Source of the DNA: Podarcis cretensis
Lineage: Eukaryota
Assembly (NCBI GenBank): GCA_951804945.1
Contig: OX638166.1
Location: 15,872,001-15,936,000 of the forward strand
DNA length: 64,000 nucleotides
Reading direction: 5' to 3'
The notes beneath the pieces were generated by a model. That model did no database searches, had not been told where the DNA came from, and worked only from the letters and a program-made list of their open reading frames with translations. Made by a program: the position numbers and the translations under genes. Shown piece by piece: positions 1 through 12,656 of this stretch. The number at the start of each line of letters is the position of its first letter. Position 1 is the first letter of the stretch.

Positions 1-766
1 GGATGCAGTGGCAAACTGTGGTTTGCCACAAACTAGAAAGTACTTAATTAAGCAGATTATAAGAAAATGGTCAAAAGTGATAACTGAATTCTGGGCCATG
101 GACACACTGGGCAGGTTCTCGCTCTGTAACTGATAAAGCCTGTTGGGATTCCTTAGCCAGTCAGTGTGAAATTTTAAACAGGGAAAGGAGTCGTTAATTT
201 AAGTCTTACTTATTCAAAGCTGTCTCAGCATTGGGAGTCAGTATGTAAGTTGAATGCACAGCTTTGTATTAGTAGGCTGTGCGTATACTTTATTTATGGC
301 AAGCTTCACTGGAAAATGACATGCCTTTGTAACATGCAAAGTGCAATACCCACAATTATCTCTTCTATTGCCACTTTCACTGTGATTTTTCCTTTTCAAC
401 ATTCCCTTGGAAATACCGATTTGCAGATAGACAATTCAGGCACACCAGCAATTAACTCATTTTCAGTCACAAAATGAGCAGTTTTGTTCTGGCGTCTAAC
501 TATTGCAAGCTTCTGTTTATTTCCTTTTAGATGTTGCCTACCATAGCTTCCAGTTTATTTAACTTCCTCACATATGCTAATATAAATAAAAACAGTACAG
601 GTCCTATCTACAAATGCTGAACAAAGCAACAGTAACAAAATTGTTTTGCTTTATGTGATCTTAGTAATACATTTAATCCCGTGTAAAAAAAGAGAAAAGG
701 AAGGCGAATGTGTTTGAAGTTGCTGGCTATGGAAATGTCTAGAACAATTACTTTTAAATAACTTAG

Positions 767-914
767 AATAGCTCAGTTGGTAGAGCATGAGACTCATAAT
801 CTCAGGGTTGTGGGTTTGAGTCCCATGATGGGTGAAATATTCCTGCATTGTAGAGGGGTGGACTAGAAGAACCTTATTGTTTCTTCCAACTCTACAATGC
901 CATGAATCTATGAA
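767..914 (+). mobile_element. tRNA-derived SINE with CR1-type 3' tail (Squam2-like)
   Basis: tRNA-like head TAGCTCAGTTGGTAGAGC...GGTTTGAGTCCC followed by GGACTAGA...TTCCAACTCTAC...CTATGA tail; related copies at ~12.3-12.8k, 25.14-25.27k (-) and 49.37-49.49k (-). Confidence 0.7.
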
Positions 915-1200
915 CATGTTTTTTAAAAACAACAACAAATACCACCTACAAATTTCAGTAGGATGCAAACCTCGTTCCTAAACCTGATTGAAATCTCACC
1001 TAAGAGTGCAGTCCTAAACCCACTTACCTGGGAGTAAGCCTCACAGTTGGATTTACTTCTGAGTAGACATGTTTCGGATTGTGCAGCAAATTCCTTTTTA
1101 CCTGCAACTTTCCTTTTATGCTTCAGTGTAGTCAGAACAATCGCAACACCCCTACCATACAATGAGAATTCAGCTAGATCGGTAAAGAAAAAGCAATTTA

Positions 1201-1426
1201 CAGTGGTACCTCGGGTTACATACGCTTCAGGTTACAGACTCGACTAACCCAGAAATAGTACCTTGGGTTAAGAACTTTGCTTCAGGATGAGAACAGAAAT
1301 CGTGCTCCGGTGGCATGACGGCAGCGGGAGGCCCCATTAGCTAAAGTTGTGCTTCAGGTTAAGAACAGTTTCAGGTAAAGAACGGACCTCCAGAATGAAT
1401 TAAGTACTTAACCCGAGGTATCACTG
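1201..1426. mobile_element. Tc1/mariner (Tigger-like) MITE
   Basis: TIR CAGTGGTACCTCGGGTTA...TAACCCGAGGTATCACTG flanked by TA; repeated family in the window. Confidence 0.85.
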
Positions 1427-1435
1427 TATATGCAC

Positions 1436-1789
1436 ATGTGTGGCGCTGTGGTCTAAACCGCTGAGCCTCTTGACAGTTCAAATCCCCGCAATGGAGTGAG
1501 CTCCCGTTGCTCTGTCCCAGCTCCTGCCAACCTAGCAGTTCGAAAGCACGCCAGTAAAAGTAGATAAATAGGTACTGCTGTGGCGGGAAGGTAAACAGTG
1601 TTTCCTTGCGCTCTGGTTTCCGTCACGGTGTTCCATTGCGCCAGAAACAGTTTAGTCATGCCGGCCACATGAGCCAGAAAGCTGTCTATGGACAAACACT
1701 GGCTCCCTTGGCCTGAAAGCGAGATGACCGCTGCCACCCCATAGTCGCCTTTGACTGGACTTAAATGTCCAGGGGTCCTTTACCTTTAC
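1436..1789 (+). mobile_element. Sauria SINE (Squam1)
   Basis: TGGCGCTGTGG head, CTGCCAACCTAGCAGTTCGAAAGCAC core, GTAGATAAATAGGTAC, CCTTTACCTTTAC tail. Confidence 0.85.
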
Positions 1790-1949
1790 ATTTTATAACA
1801 TCGTGCCACCAGATGGCGATGTGGAGTGCCGTTTTTCTCCACCTGTTTTCCCTGTTTAAATTTACAACGTGTTTAACTGAAACACATCATTGATGTGTCC
1901 AGATCCAGCCCCAGTTTCCAGGCTATGATTTTCTTATACTTGGATATAT

Positions 1950-2163
1950 TCAGGAGTAGGAAGAAGCAATTCATGGAGATAACTTCTTTCAGTGGCTATT
2001 GACCATGATGGCTGTGCTCTGCCTCCGTAGGCATTATCCTTCTGAATGCCAGTTGCTGGAAACCACCAGAGAGGGTTGTGCTCTTGCACACTGGTCCTGC
2101 TTTTGGGCTTTACAGAGGCATCTGGTTGGCCACTGTGAGACTAGCATGCTGGACTAGAAGGGC
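1950..2163 (+). mobile_element. CR1-like LINE 3' fragment
   Basis: CATGATGGCT...TGAATGCCAGTTGCTG...CATCTGGTTGGCCACTGTGAGA...TGCTGGACTAGA; similar to 2810-3012 and 3686-3760. Confidence 0.55.
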
Positions 2164-2405
2164 CATTGTGGTGTAGTGGTTAAGAGTGGTAGACTCGTAA
2201 TCTGGTGAACCGGGTTCGCTTCCCCACTCCTCCACATGCAGCTGCTGGGTGACCTTGGCCAGTCACACTTCTCTGAAGTCTCTCAGCCCCACTCACCTCA
2301 CAGAGTGTTTGTTGTGGGGGAGGAAGGGAAAGGAGAATGTTAGCCGCTTTGAGACTCCTGAAGGGGAGTGAAAGGCGGGATATCAAATCCAGACTCTTCT
2401 TCTTA
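2164..2405 (+). mobile_element. Squam3-type tRNA-derived SINE
   Basis: A box TGGTGTAGTGG, B box GGGTTCGCTTCC, core GCTGGGTGACCTTGG...CTCTCAGCCCCACTCACCTCACAG, L2-like tail ending (CTT)n. Confidence 0.8.
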
Positions 2406-2532
2406 TTTACCAGGCTCCTCTTACGAAAGATCTGTACAATATTATGTGTGGTATGGAGAAAGTGGGGAGTGAAACATTTCTCTCGCTTTCTCACAATACC
2501 AAGAACTCAGGGTCATCCAGGGAAGCCAAATA

Positions 2533-2792
2533 CAGTCATACCTCATGTTACGTTTGCTTCAGGTTACGTTCTTTCAGGTTACATCCCGCAGCGACCCAGA
2601 AATACAAGAAAGGGTTACTTCCGGGTTTCGCCGCTCGCGCATGTGCAGACGCGCCAAATGATGTCACGCACATGCACAGAAGCAGCGAATTGCAACCCGC
2701 GCGTGTGCAGACGTGCCACTGCGGGTTGCGCTCTTTTCATGTTGCAAACAGGCCTCCGGAAAGGATCCCGTTCGCAACCAGAGGTACCACTG
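2533..2792. mobile_element. Tc1/mariner (Tigger-like) MITE
   Basis: TA|CAGTCATACCTC...GAGGTACCACTG|TA. Confidence 0.75.
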
Positions 2793-2809
2793 TATTGGTA
2801 GATTCCGGA

Positions 2810-3012
2810 CACACAAAAGGAAGTACTTTTTCACACAGAGCCTACAGACATCACTGCTAGAAGGTGCAGTGATGGCCCCCAACTTGGATGGATTTTAAAG
2901 GGGTTAAGACAAAGTCTGTCAGTGGCTACTAGTCATGATGGCTGTGTACTGCATCTAGTATCAAAGATGCTATACTTCTGAATGCCAGTTGCTTTGGGAC
3001 ACAAATGGTTGC
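2810..3012 (+). mobile_element. CR1 LINE 3' fragment, interrupted by the element at 3013 and resuming ~3686-3760
   Basis: AAAAGGAAGTACTTTTTCACACAG...GTGATGGCC..CAACTTGGATGG..TTTAAAGGGG, typical CR1 ORF2 end and 3'UTR. Confidence 0.6.
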
Positions 3013-3685
3013 CAGGGTTTGAAATTAGCCAGGCACCAGACATGTTGTGCACCTTCCTTTCGATGACTTGCAGCCAAGTGAAGATGCCAGGGTGGCGTCT
3101 GACAGCTCCACCACCTTGGAGGTGCATGCCTGGGGATCATTGGATCTGGACTGTTTTCACACACTAATACCCCACCCTGTAGAATTCTATCAGTTATGTT
3201 TTATCTGCCAATTCAGAATGAATTTCTGGAACCAAAATGCTTTTTCTGTGCTGCCTGAGCAGGAGCAGCCACCATTAAGAAAAAGAGGTCGGAATAAGCC
3301 AATATATGTGGACTGTCCCTGGACCAAGTGACTTTTCTTCTTTTAAGTTCTCAAAGCACTTAACCTAGCTCAGGGTTGTCATCTTAACTAGCCAGATGTT
3401 TACGGTAACTGAGAATCAATCACAGCTGTCATTTGAAAAATAAGACTTTAGAGCAGCCTTTCTCAACCTGTGGGTCCCCAGATGTTGTTGAACTACAACT
3501 CCCATCACCCCTAGCTAGCAAGGCCAGAGCTCAGGGATGATGGGAGTTGTAGTCCAACAACATCTGGGGACCCACAGGTTGAGAACCGCTGCTTTAGAGC
3601 AACTAAGCATTCCATTTTGGTGGCTATAATCATGGTTTAAGGAGCCATTTGGCCCTTAGCTTATATATCTGAGTTTCTAACACTG
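3013..3685. mobile_element. Non-autonomous DNA transposon (hAT-like), copy 1
   Basis: Ends CAGGGTTTGAAATT / AGTTTCTAACACTG; colinear with 43974-44618; a related 5' end also occurs at 6148. Confidence 0.75.
3454..3591. mobile_element. Palindromic hAT MITE (138 bp) nested in the previous element
   Basis: Near-perfect hairpin; exact 8-bp TSD CTTTAGAG (3446-3453, 3592-3599). Confidence 0.9.
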
Positions 3686-4211
3686 CATTGGTGGAACTCA
3701 CGTGCTACTTGTGGTCTTCCCATTTGCATCTGATTGGCCACTATGAAAACAGGATGCACACCTGTAGTACACCAATGCTGCCAGCCTGGGAGCTCCTCTG
3801 ACATTGCCACCATCCCACCCTGTCCCAGTGAGTTCCAGCATTTCCATTCCATCCATCTCGCACATTACTGCTGTTTGCCCCAGTTTTCCCGTTAAATTTA
3901 GAAAAAGGGCACACTGGGGACTGAGAGCGACCTGAAAAATAACCGCTCTTCCTGGTGCACTTCAGGATACTTCCATCTCATTCTGCTGCATGTGTAGTCA
4001 AGGCTCTGGTTCTATACTGAAGTGAAACTAAGGATACCCTCTAATGCCAGGCAAGACTAGTGGGGAAGTTCAAGGACCAGGCTTGCACAGGCAATATGGC
4101 CACTAAAGTAAATTAGATGGTCAGTAAATTGGTCGCAAAGCCAGCGTAGCTGCCATGTTCACCAGAACCTCGCAAAGAAAATATACACATTTCCTGGCCA
4201 CCAGATAGATA

Positions 4212-4757
4212 CCGTCTTTTTCGCTCCATAGGGCGCACCTGACCATAGGGTGCACCTAGTTTTCAGAGGGGGAAATCAAGGGGAAAAAATATGATCCCCC
4301 CCCCAGCTTTGGAGCAGCGGACAGGCTGTGCGCAGCCTGTGCACTTCTCCCAGACCTTCTGCCTGCTATTGCGGGAGGTGGGGGAATTCCCCCACCTCCC
4401 GCAAAAGCCCACAGGAGCTGTGCTGCTCCTGTAGGCTTTTCGACCAGGAGGGAGAAGGGACTGACACGGCCAGTCAGTCCCTTGTCCTTCCTCGGGGAAA
4501 ACCCCCAAGAGCGTGCGGCTTTTGCGTGCTTTTGCGGGAGGTGGGGGAATTCCACGGCTCCTGCGGGCTTTTCTACGAGGAGGGAGAAGGGACTGACTGG
4601 CCACATCAGTCCCTTCTCCCTCCTGGGGAGAAGCCCCCAAGAGCCGCGGGGGCTTTTTCTACCTGCTTCCCCGCTGCATTCGCTCCATAAGACGCACACA
4701 CATTTTCCCTTACATTTTAGGAGGGAAAAAGTTCGTCTTATGGAGCGAAAAATACGG
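4212..4757. mobile_element. Tc1/mariner (Tc2/pogo-like) non-autonomous element
   Basis: TA|CCGTCTTTTTCGCTCCATA...TATGGAGCGAAAAATACGG|TA; GC-rich interior with duplicated internal palindromes. Confidence 0.85.
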
Positions 4758-6807
4758 TAACTCCTTGTGCAACTGGCATCTCCATACAGAAGCTCAGTTG
4801 GGCAGAGGTTCTGTTTGTACAATTTAAAAAGAAAGGAAGAATTGCACAGATGTGGCATAGCAGGGTACAGAGACTGTTCCTCTTATTCAGCATTCTGATT
4901 TTCTGCTCATCCCTGCTGGATATATGAAGCAGGGCTATCTGAAGCCATTTTTGTATTTTCACATCCTAATGGATGTTTCGGATCTTTTCAGAGCAGAACC
5001 CTGATAGTAGGGGTGGATAACCTTTTGGTGCTCCAGATGTTGTTTGACTCTAGCTCTCTCAACAGCCCCAGGTAGCATGGCCAAATGAGTGTGTAGTCCA
5101 GCAGCATTATGTAGGGCTACAGGTTTGCCACTCCTGATTTATGATGCCCTTCGATAATGGGAGTAATGGATCTTCGAACAAAGCTCTTAATATTTCATTT
5201 CAGTCCAGAGGTGCATGTGCACCACAAGGCATACATAGAGTTCCTCCATGCACAGGCCTTCCACATTCATTTCAGTGCGAAAAAGCTGAAAACAAAGGCA
5301 TACATGTATAAAAGTGAATTAGAAACAAGATGGGCTTGGGGACTTCGCTCTGCGTTGCATCTTCAGCCTGTTGCTAATCACAGGGTTGTTTAGAAGCACA
5401 GAATGAGAAAAAAGGCTATATAGCTATCTTTTGTTTGATCAAAATATCTGCTCACTGTTCATTAATTCTGAATTCCTAGTTTAATTTCCTGCTCCTCGAG
5501 TATTTGCCTTAGACTCAACTCTTCTAATCCAAGCTATAACTGCTCTAAAAACTCAAACTCATAACTTGGAAGTGAGGGGAGGGACAGTTGCTATCATTCA
5601 AAGAAACAATAGTAAATATATGCATTCTATAAAAAAAAACATTTTTGGAAGGTGAGAATAAAGGAATTTCCTCCTCCACCCTCGCTATTGCTAAGCTGTA
5701 ATCTAATATTGTCGAAAAGGCATAGGAGGGAGGAAGGAATAGAGAGGTCTCACTTATCCTCAGGATATCGCTTTGTGTTTTCAGTCTGAAGCTCCTAAGG
5801 TTACAATTCTTGCCAAAAGCATTTAAAAAAACAAAACATGGTTGTAGCTGAATGGTTGGGGATTTATCTTTTTTTACCAAGAAGCCACTTGAATTGGATG
5901 GGCACATGCTACTGTTAATTTTAGAGTGTTTGGTTACTTATCTCATGCTCCAGTGCCAATTAAATATTATATTTATGCTCTTTATGTCCAGAATTTCATA
6001 AAATCACATTTTGATAGAAATAATTAACACTATGCATTTATTTATTTTTTAAGATGTCTAACAGGGGTATCCCAATTACAGTTCAATTCCATCTCCTCAT
6101 CTTAATACCAAATTACACAGGATCCTGTTGCAGAGTTCACCAGGACCCAGGGTTTGAAATTAGCAGGGTGCCAGACTCATTTTGCACCTGAAGATTCTCT
6201 ATTTGCATGCACCTCAAAAAGCCTGGGTGCCATTTTTTGCACCTGGCTGGCACTCAAGGATTACTGAAATGTATGTGCTTTGAAGCCTCAAAGTATACAT
6301 TTAGGATAGACAATATGTTAAGGAGTTTAACAATAAAGAGTAGAGTGTTTTGAAAACTGAAGTACGGTACCAATATTTTTATTGTAAGCACCAAATTAAA
6401 CATGTATTGAAAAATTCTGCTAAAAATGTGATATTAACAATGTGTCACTTATGTGAATCGTATATTAGTTCATGCTTATCAAAATAATAAGTAAAAAGTG
6501 TTGCAAGGAAATACTAAGTTATAAAATGTCAAAAAAGGGAAATATGTAAGTTAGGCAGAGCAAGTCCAAAACATTTTGCTGCCTGAGGCACACAAGATTC
6601 CCACCGTTGTACAGAAGCTGCCTAAACAGCCACTAAGTCTTTACTTCAACAATGGCATTGGGAAAGTGTATCTGAGGGAAGCAAGCTCACTTAGAGGGTG
6701 CAGGAGGTGCTCTAAGACCTTACTGCTGCTGCTCCTTCTTCCCACCACCCCACATCTGCTCCTGGAGATGACTGCCTCGGTCTCCTGCCATTTGGTACTC
6801 AGTGAGG

Positions 6808-7905
6808 AATCATAGAATCATAGAGTTGGAAGAGACCACAAGGGCCATCGAGTCCAACCCCCTGCCAAGCAGGAAACACCATCAGAGCACTCCTGACATA
6901 TGGTTGTCAAGCCTCTGCTTATTTTTTTTTTAATGATATTTATTAAAGTTTCGAATAAACACATATAAACACAAACACAAGCAACAATAAAAACATACAT
7001 AAACCAACAAACAAAACAAAAACAAGTATAAGTTCAAACCTTATTTTCTAAACCTAATTTCACCGACCTCCTCACACCTCCCCCTTCTGTATCCTAATCT
7101 CATTTATCTTATCAGTAAATCCATTCCCATTTTTCCCATAGTTTTTAGTAGTTCTATTCTTTTTTCCTTAATCAACGCCCCTGCAAACCTCTAATTTTTA
7201 AACCCATATCTTTTTAGCCTTCATTAATTTTATAATGTTTATTAAGGTAGTCTTTGAACTTCTTCCAATCTTCTTCCACTGTCTCTTTGTCCTGGTCTCG
7301 GATTCTGCCAGTCATCTCTGCCAGTCCCATATAGTCTGTCATCTTCATCTGCCATTCTTCCAGAGTGGGTAGATCTGGTGTCTTCCAATACTTTGCGATA
7401 AGAATCCTTGCTGCTGTAGTAGCGTACATAAAAAAAGTTCTGTCCTTCTTTAACACCACATGGCTTACCATACCCAGGAGAAAGGCCTCTGGTTTCTTCA
7501 GGAAGGTATATTTAAGTACCTTTTTCATTTCATTTCCCAGAAAGCCTTAATCCTTGGGCATGTCCACCAGAGGTGAAAGAATGTACCTTCATTTTCTTTA
7601 CATTTCCAACATTTGTTGTCTGATAAGTGGTAAATTTTTGCAAGCTTGACTGGGGTCATGTACCACCTATAGATCATTTTCATTATATTCTCTCTCAGGG
7701 CATTACATGCCGTAAATTTCATACCGGTGGTCCACAACCTTTCCCAGTCTGTCAAGCCTCTGCTTAAAGACCTCCAAAGAAGGAGACTCCACCACACTCC
7801 TTGGCAGCAAATTCCACTATCGAACAGCTCTTACTGTCAAGAAGTTCTTCCTAATGTTTAGGTGGAATCTTCTTTCTTGTAGTTTGGAACCATTGCTCCG
7901 TGTCC
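6808..7905 (-). mobile_element. CR1 LINE 3' fragment split by an L1 insertion
   Basis: (AATCATAG)n tail at 6808, TCCAACCCCCTG, continuing after 7750 (AAGTTCTTCCTAATGTT). Confidence 0.8.
6922..7749 (-). mobile_element. 5'-truncated L1/Tx1-clade LINE (ORF2 C-terminus, frameshifted, plus 3'UTR)
   Basis: ORFs 7525-7797 and 7214-7528 contain CWKC...GTFFHLWWTC and YATTAARILIAKYWK; T-rich tail at 6922; 17-bp TSD TGTCAAGCCTCTGCTTA (6905-6921, 7750-7766). Confidence 0.9.
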
Positions 7906-7913
7906 GCATAGCG

Positions 7914-8481
7914 CAGAGGTTTTCAACCTTTATGAGTCCACGGCTCCGTTGACCAACTATGTTCTTTCTGTGGCACCCCTGTGAGGCTCAGGAGCCCTGT
8001 TGTGTCACCCTTTACCTGCAGAGCTGGCAGCCCCTCACCCTTTCTCTCCCCCCTCCCCTTGTGGAGTGTTCCCTCAGCCTCCTCTCCTCTCTCCTTGGGC
8101 CCTTGGGCCTCTTCCTAACACTGCCCCACAGGGGCCTGGGACTTGTCTGTTCATTCCCAACAGCAAGGGCTGGCAGACTGGCTGGCTGGGCTTCCTTGCC
8201 TGCCTGCTTGTTTGCTTGCTTGCTTGCTCCGAAGCTGCCTCTGCTCCTGGCAACCAGCATCCCCTGGCCAGCCCCAGAGGCACCATTTGCCTGAGGAGCT
8301 TGTAGCCAGGGCTGCTGCTGCTGCAACAAATAGCCACACAAGCCTTTGGGAGGCAGAGATGTGAGAGGGCATCAGAGGAAGGAGGGAAGGAAAGAGGGAC
8401 AGAGGCCAGAGTTGCCTGCGTCACCCCGACCATCATTCAAGGCACCCCATGGGGCCACGGCACACTGGTTGAAAACCACTG
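7914..8481. mobile_element. hAT (Charlie-like) non-autonomous element
   Basis: TIR CAGAGGTTTTCAACC / GGTTGAAAACCACTG; 8-bp TSD GCATAGCG/ACATAGTG. Confidence 0.8.
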
Positions 8482-9950
8482 ACATAGTGTGTTTTTACAG
8501 TTGTGACTAGGTATGGCATGTTGCTTGCACTGGATGCCCCTCTGAAGCTGACTGACATGGCATCAGAGTGGCATCTTCTAACGATAGAAGTTTGTGGTTA
8601 AATATATGTCTCTGAAGTCTGTTGTGTATTGCTTATCTTGGGTTAAAATCTGCACATTGCATTAGTTTAATTGTAATTTTATATGCTAATAGGTATACCT
8701 TTCCTTCTGCCATGCCTGATTTCAATTCTTCCATGCCTTGCTTCTCTTTTAGTTAACCTTCCTGTATCTCCCTTTTTCCTGATACTTTACCAATCCATTA
8801 GAATTTGTTCACTTTTGTCCTACTGGGACTTACCTTGTGGAAGTTCATCAGATCTTCACTCGGGAACCTTGCTTCTGATCTCAGTCCAATAAAACATGAT
8901 TTATTAGACTGAGAACGCACAATTTGCCTTCTTCACCTTCTCACCTGAGGAACTGTGGTTCAACTCCCAACAGCAAACCAGGCTACCCAATCCACTGGTT
9001 GATTCTGATATTCAGACTTGTAAGAAGAAATTAAACTACAGTATAATTTCCTGCCTTTGATGAAACACGAAACTATGGTTTAATAAACCTCTTAAAATAT
9101 TTTGTGTTGTTCACCTGCTAAACTGTGGCAGGTGAAATTTGATAACTGTTTTGCAAAATTGAGCTGCCATGTGAGAAATATGGTTGTGTGTGTGTGTGTG
9201 TCAGTTCTCAGATTGCAAAATCCAATAGGAAAGCACCATTGCATGCCAACTTCTAGCATATTGCCAACATCAAATGGTAAGAGTTCTGAAACTTTCATGT
9301 AAAAGTTGCTTTATTCAAGAAGAGAAAAGTAACCCTTCGGCCTCTTCCACCGCATTAAGACAGGATTTCTGTTATCTTTTCAGCCCTGAATAGTGGTCCC
9401 CCAAGTCATCTTTAATGAGGGTGGGAAATCACTTTGCTACAATTAATTACCCACAGCCTCTGGACATATAGAAAAGCCAACTCACAACCACTAGAGAATT
9501 ATGCTTAAAATTTGCCTTTTGTACTGCTTGAAATAAATAGTATAGCATGGTTTTTGTCCAGGGGTGTGTCTGTTGTCACCCAAACAAATAAAACGCTTCC
9601 TCCGTTTTGGGTGGAGTACCAAAGAAAGGCCTTCTGCAGATGCAGAATTAATGAGATGTTGTTGATTTTGGGTGGTGGAGGGGAGGAACCGAATTAGAGG
9701 AAATGTGAGTGTTTCCTTGCACAGTCTTGGATGATGACGACAGGAAGCAACTGTTTTGGTGACCGGATTGGATCATGTAACTCTATGTACAAGGAATCCG
9801 GGAAGAGAGGCTGAGAACATTCCACATCACAACAGCACGGGATCATGAGACCAACTACATCCCAACCTTTAGTCCCACTGGCTGGATAATTGAGTTATAT
9901 AAATAAATGGTTAAGTTATCAATGCCTCTGATGCAAATGTTTAAAATGTA

Positions 9951-10192
9951 CAGTGGTACCTCAGGTTACATATGCTTCAGGTTACATATGCTTCAGGCTA
10001 CACACTCCACTAACCCAGAAATAGTGCTTCAGGTTAAGAACTTTGCTTTAGGATAAGAACAGAAATCGGTCTCTGGCGGCGCAGCGACAGCAGGAGGCCC
10101 CATTAGCTAAAGTGGTGCTTCAGGTTAAGAACAGTTTCAGGTTAAGAACGGACCTCCGGAACGAATTAAGTACTTAACCCGAGGTACCACTG
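9951..10192. mobile_element. Tc1/mariner (Tigger-like) MITE
   Basis: Same family as 1201-1426, TA-flanked, with an internal 16-bp tandem duplication. Confidence 0.85.
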
Positions 10193-12423
10193 TATTTTAT
10201 TTTGTGCTAACTTTTGCTAAGTTTGGATTTCCCCCTTTTTAGAAAAGCTATCCATCTTAAAATAGCTCTCTATACATGCAGGGATTTTGTATTGTTTTGT
10301 TTTGTTTCAAGAGGCATATGTTTTTAAATGATAATGTTGCTGCCATTTATCAGGGTGGGTTTTTGTTTTGGTTTTAGCTTTCTGTATGCATTGTATTTTC
10401 ATGACCTTGTGAGCTGCCTTGAGTCTGCTGTGCCCTAAAAGGCAGCCTATAAATGATTTTATAAATTATAGCCCCACCACAGTTATGCTGAGAGACAGCA
10501 ACAATCAGAGGAATTTCAAGAACTGGACAGCCAAGACTCTGTAATTGGACATATTCAGACTTACGCATGCAGAGAAAAGGAAAATAATTAGAGCACCTCA
10601 TTTGAAATCCTATGGAAAGATAGATAAGGCATTAACATGAAGAGTAATCACTAAAAATGCAGCTTTTATCTTAATGATTAATATACCAACTGAAATGTAA
10701 TTAGATATGAATAAAAATATGAACCACAGCAATATAAGAACTAGACAGAAAACATTGATCAAGGAGTGTGGGGAACCACTTTGATTAAATTGTATACATT
10801 TGGAATTAAAAGGAATTATTTTGATATTATTTGGAATCTGTATAATTGGCAAAACTGTAGTATTATTGAGTAAATATTGGGAAATTAATAGAAAAATTAA
10901 AAAATAGAAACAATTTTATAAAATAAATCACAAGTGTCTGCAATACTGTACGATCTGAGCAATTAGAGCAGAGTAGCATAGGGGAATTCCTTCATGGTTA
11001 AATCTTAACTTGATTTTCTATACCTACACTGACTTTTTTAAAAAAATAATAATAATATGGTTTTATATGTGTGCAGTCTAATCTATTAAGATGCATATGG
11101 TTCAGTTTTCTATAGACAACCAGGATTTTAAAGTTCCTTTAAAGTTTGCAGTGCTTTATGGAACCAGATGTGGCTTTCATCAGTTTAGCTAGTTGGTTCA
11201 GCATTTGTTTGTTTCGTCTGTAAATGCAGCAACTTCAATGGACAATGAAACGTTTTTGGTATAGAAAAATGCTAGCTAAGCTCAACCCACCTTAGTAATT
11301 TTCAGAGGGTTAAGGAAAGTGTGAAATGCATCATAATGTGATGCCTTCCTTGAAGATTGACACAGTGGAATGAAAGCTCTTGGGGATATTCAGAACTTCA
11401 TTTTGTCTTTCAAGTATGAACCCCAGCTTGACCTTCATCAGTGATGCAGTTCCAGGGGGGAAATCCTTTGGACTGGGAAATTTTGTACTGTATATGCATC
11501 ATGAAATTTTCTAGGTAATTCTAGAGGAATTATCTAAATTAGCATATTTATTTTACTTGCATTTAGTAAACAAAGCTAAAGCTTTGACACTCCCAAGCTT
11601 ACCTAATATCATACTTGTAGTTGGCATTCGTTCATTGTTACTAAGGAACTTTAAAAGCTGAATTTTTTCCACAGAAAGATAAAGCACTGGGGCGGGGGAA
11701 TCCGCCCCCATATCGTTCACCCTCATATTCAGAGGAGAGAAAACTACAACATGGATTGTATATGCGAAACAAGTCCTCTTGTAAACGTCTGCTTTGCTAA
11801 TACAATGCTAATTTTTTCGCTGATTTTAAATATAGTGAATGAACTTAACTAGCTTAATCTTTTAAGTCCCAAATTCTGTAAAAAGATTCTTTATCAAATT
11901 AGATTTGGTGACTTTGAGAATATGCTAATTAAACATTTGCATAGGAATTGAAAGAGCAAATAATTCGGCTGGCGGCATTAAATGTGAAAGGCTGATCCAA
12001 AATTATGCTTGCCCTATGGAGATTTAAGCAGCCCACTCTTTGGTGAGGAGGAGGTCACATACCAAAGACATAAGCTCAAGGGCAGTGGAAGAGGTTTAAA
12101 GTGCAGTTAATTTTGTCTACAGATATGGCACCAATTCTTTCGTTAGGGTAGAACTGGCTGGCTGTTAAATAACCAATTTGTGGCTTAATTTGTGGCACAT
12201 TGTTTATTTTCATAATTTATATCCCATCCTTTCAACAACCATTTCATGCTAACGTGTAGAGGCAGAACAAAAGATAACAGTGTTCAAAAGATCTAAAAGC
12301 TTTTTATTATAATCATCATCATCATGGCATGGGTAGCTCAGTTGGTTACAGCATGTTGCTGATAATGTCAAGGTTGCAAGATCGATCCCCACATGGGACA
12401 GTTGCATATTCCGGCACCTCAGG

Positions 12424-12638
12424 TGTTAAATAGTGGGTAGACATAGCAGACGACTTGTAAGCTGGAACAGAACTGAACAGCAAACAGCTCAGCTGGCCTG
12501 CTTTTATAGGCAGCCGGCTGTCAACATTGTAGCAACACCAACCCAGGGTTTCCCACCTAAAATAACTGATGTGGACCTGAGTGAAAACTATATACACAAT
12601 ACTCCTAGTGGCCAGGGTGAGAACTTCAATACATAACA
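12424..12638 (-). mobile_element. Solo LTR, family A
   Basis: TGTTA...TAACA termini; TSD TCAGG/GCAGG; homologous to 21320-21563 and 30128-30385. Confidence 0.75.
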
Positions 12639-12656
12639 GCAGGGGTTGGGTTAGAT

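Noticed and set aside
767-840. tRNA-like sequence
   Set aside because: Degenerate stems and a CR1-type tail; multiple diverged copies in the window indicate a SINE head, not a tRNA gene.
4256-4858. 200-aa ORF and overlapping ORFs
   Set aside because: Mostly inside a GC-rich non-autonomous transposon; no transposase motifs.
5545-5907. 120-aa minus-strand ORF
   Set aside because: No recognisable domain or splice structure; possibly a decayed retroelement, but I cannot support a call.
7959-8436. Six overlapping ORFs
   Set aside because: Low-complexity GC-rich interior of a hAT element.
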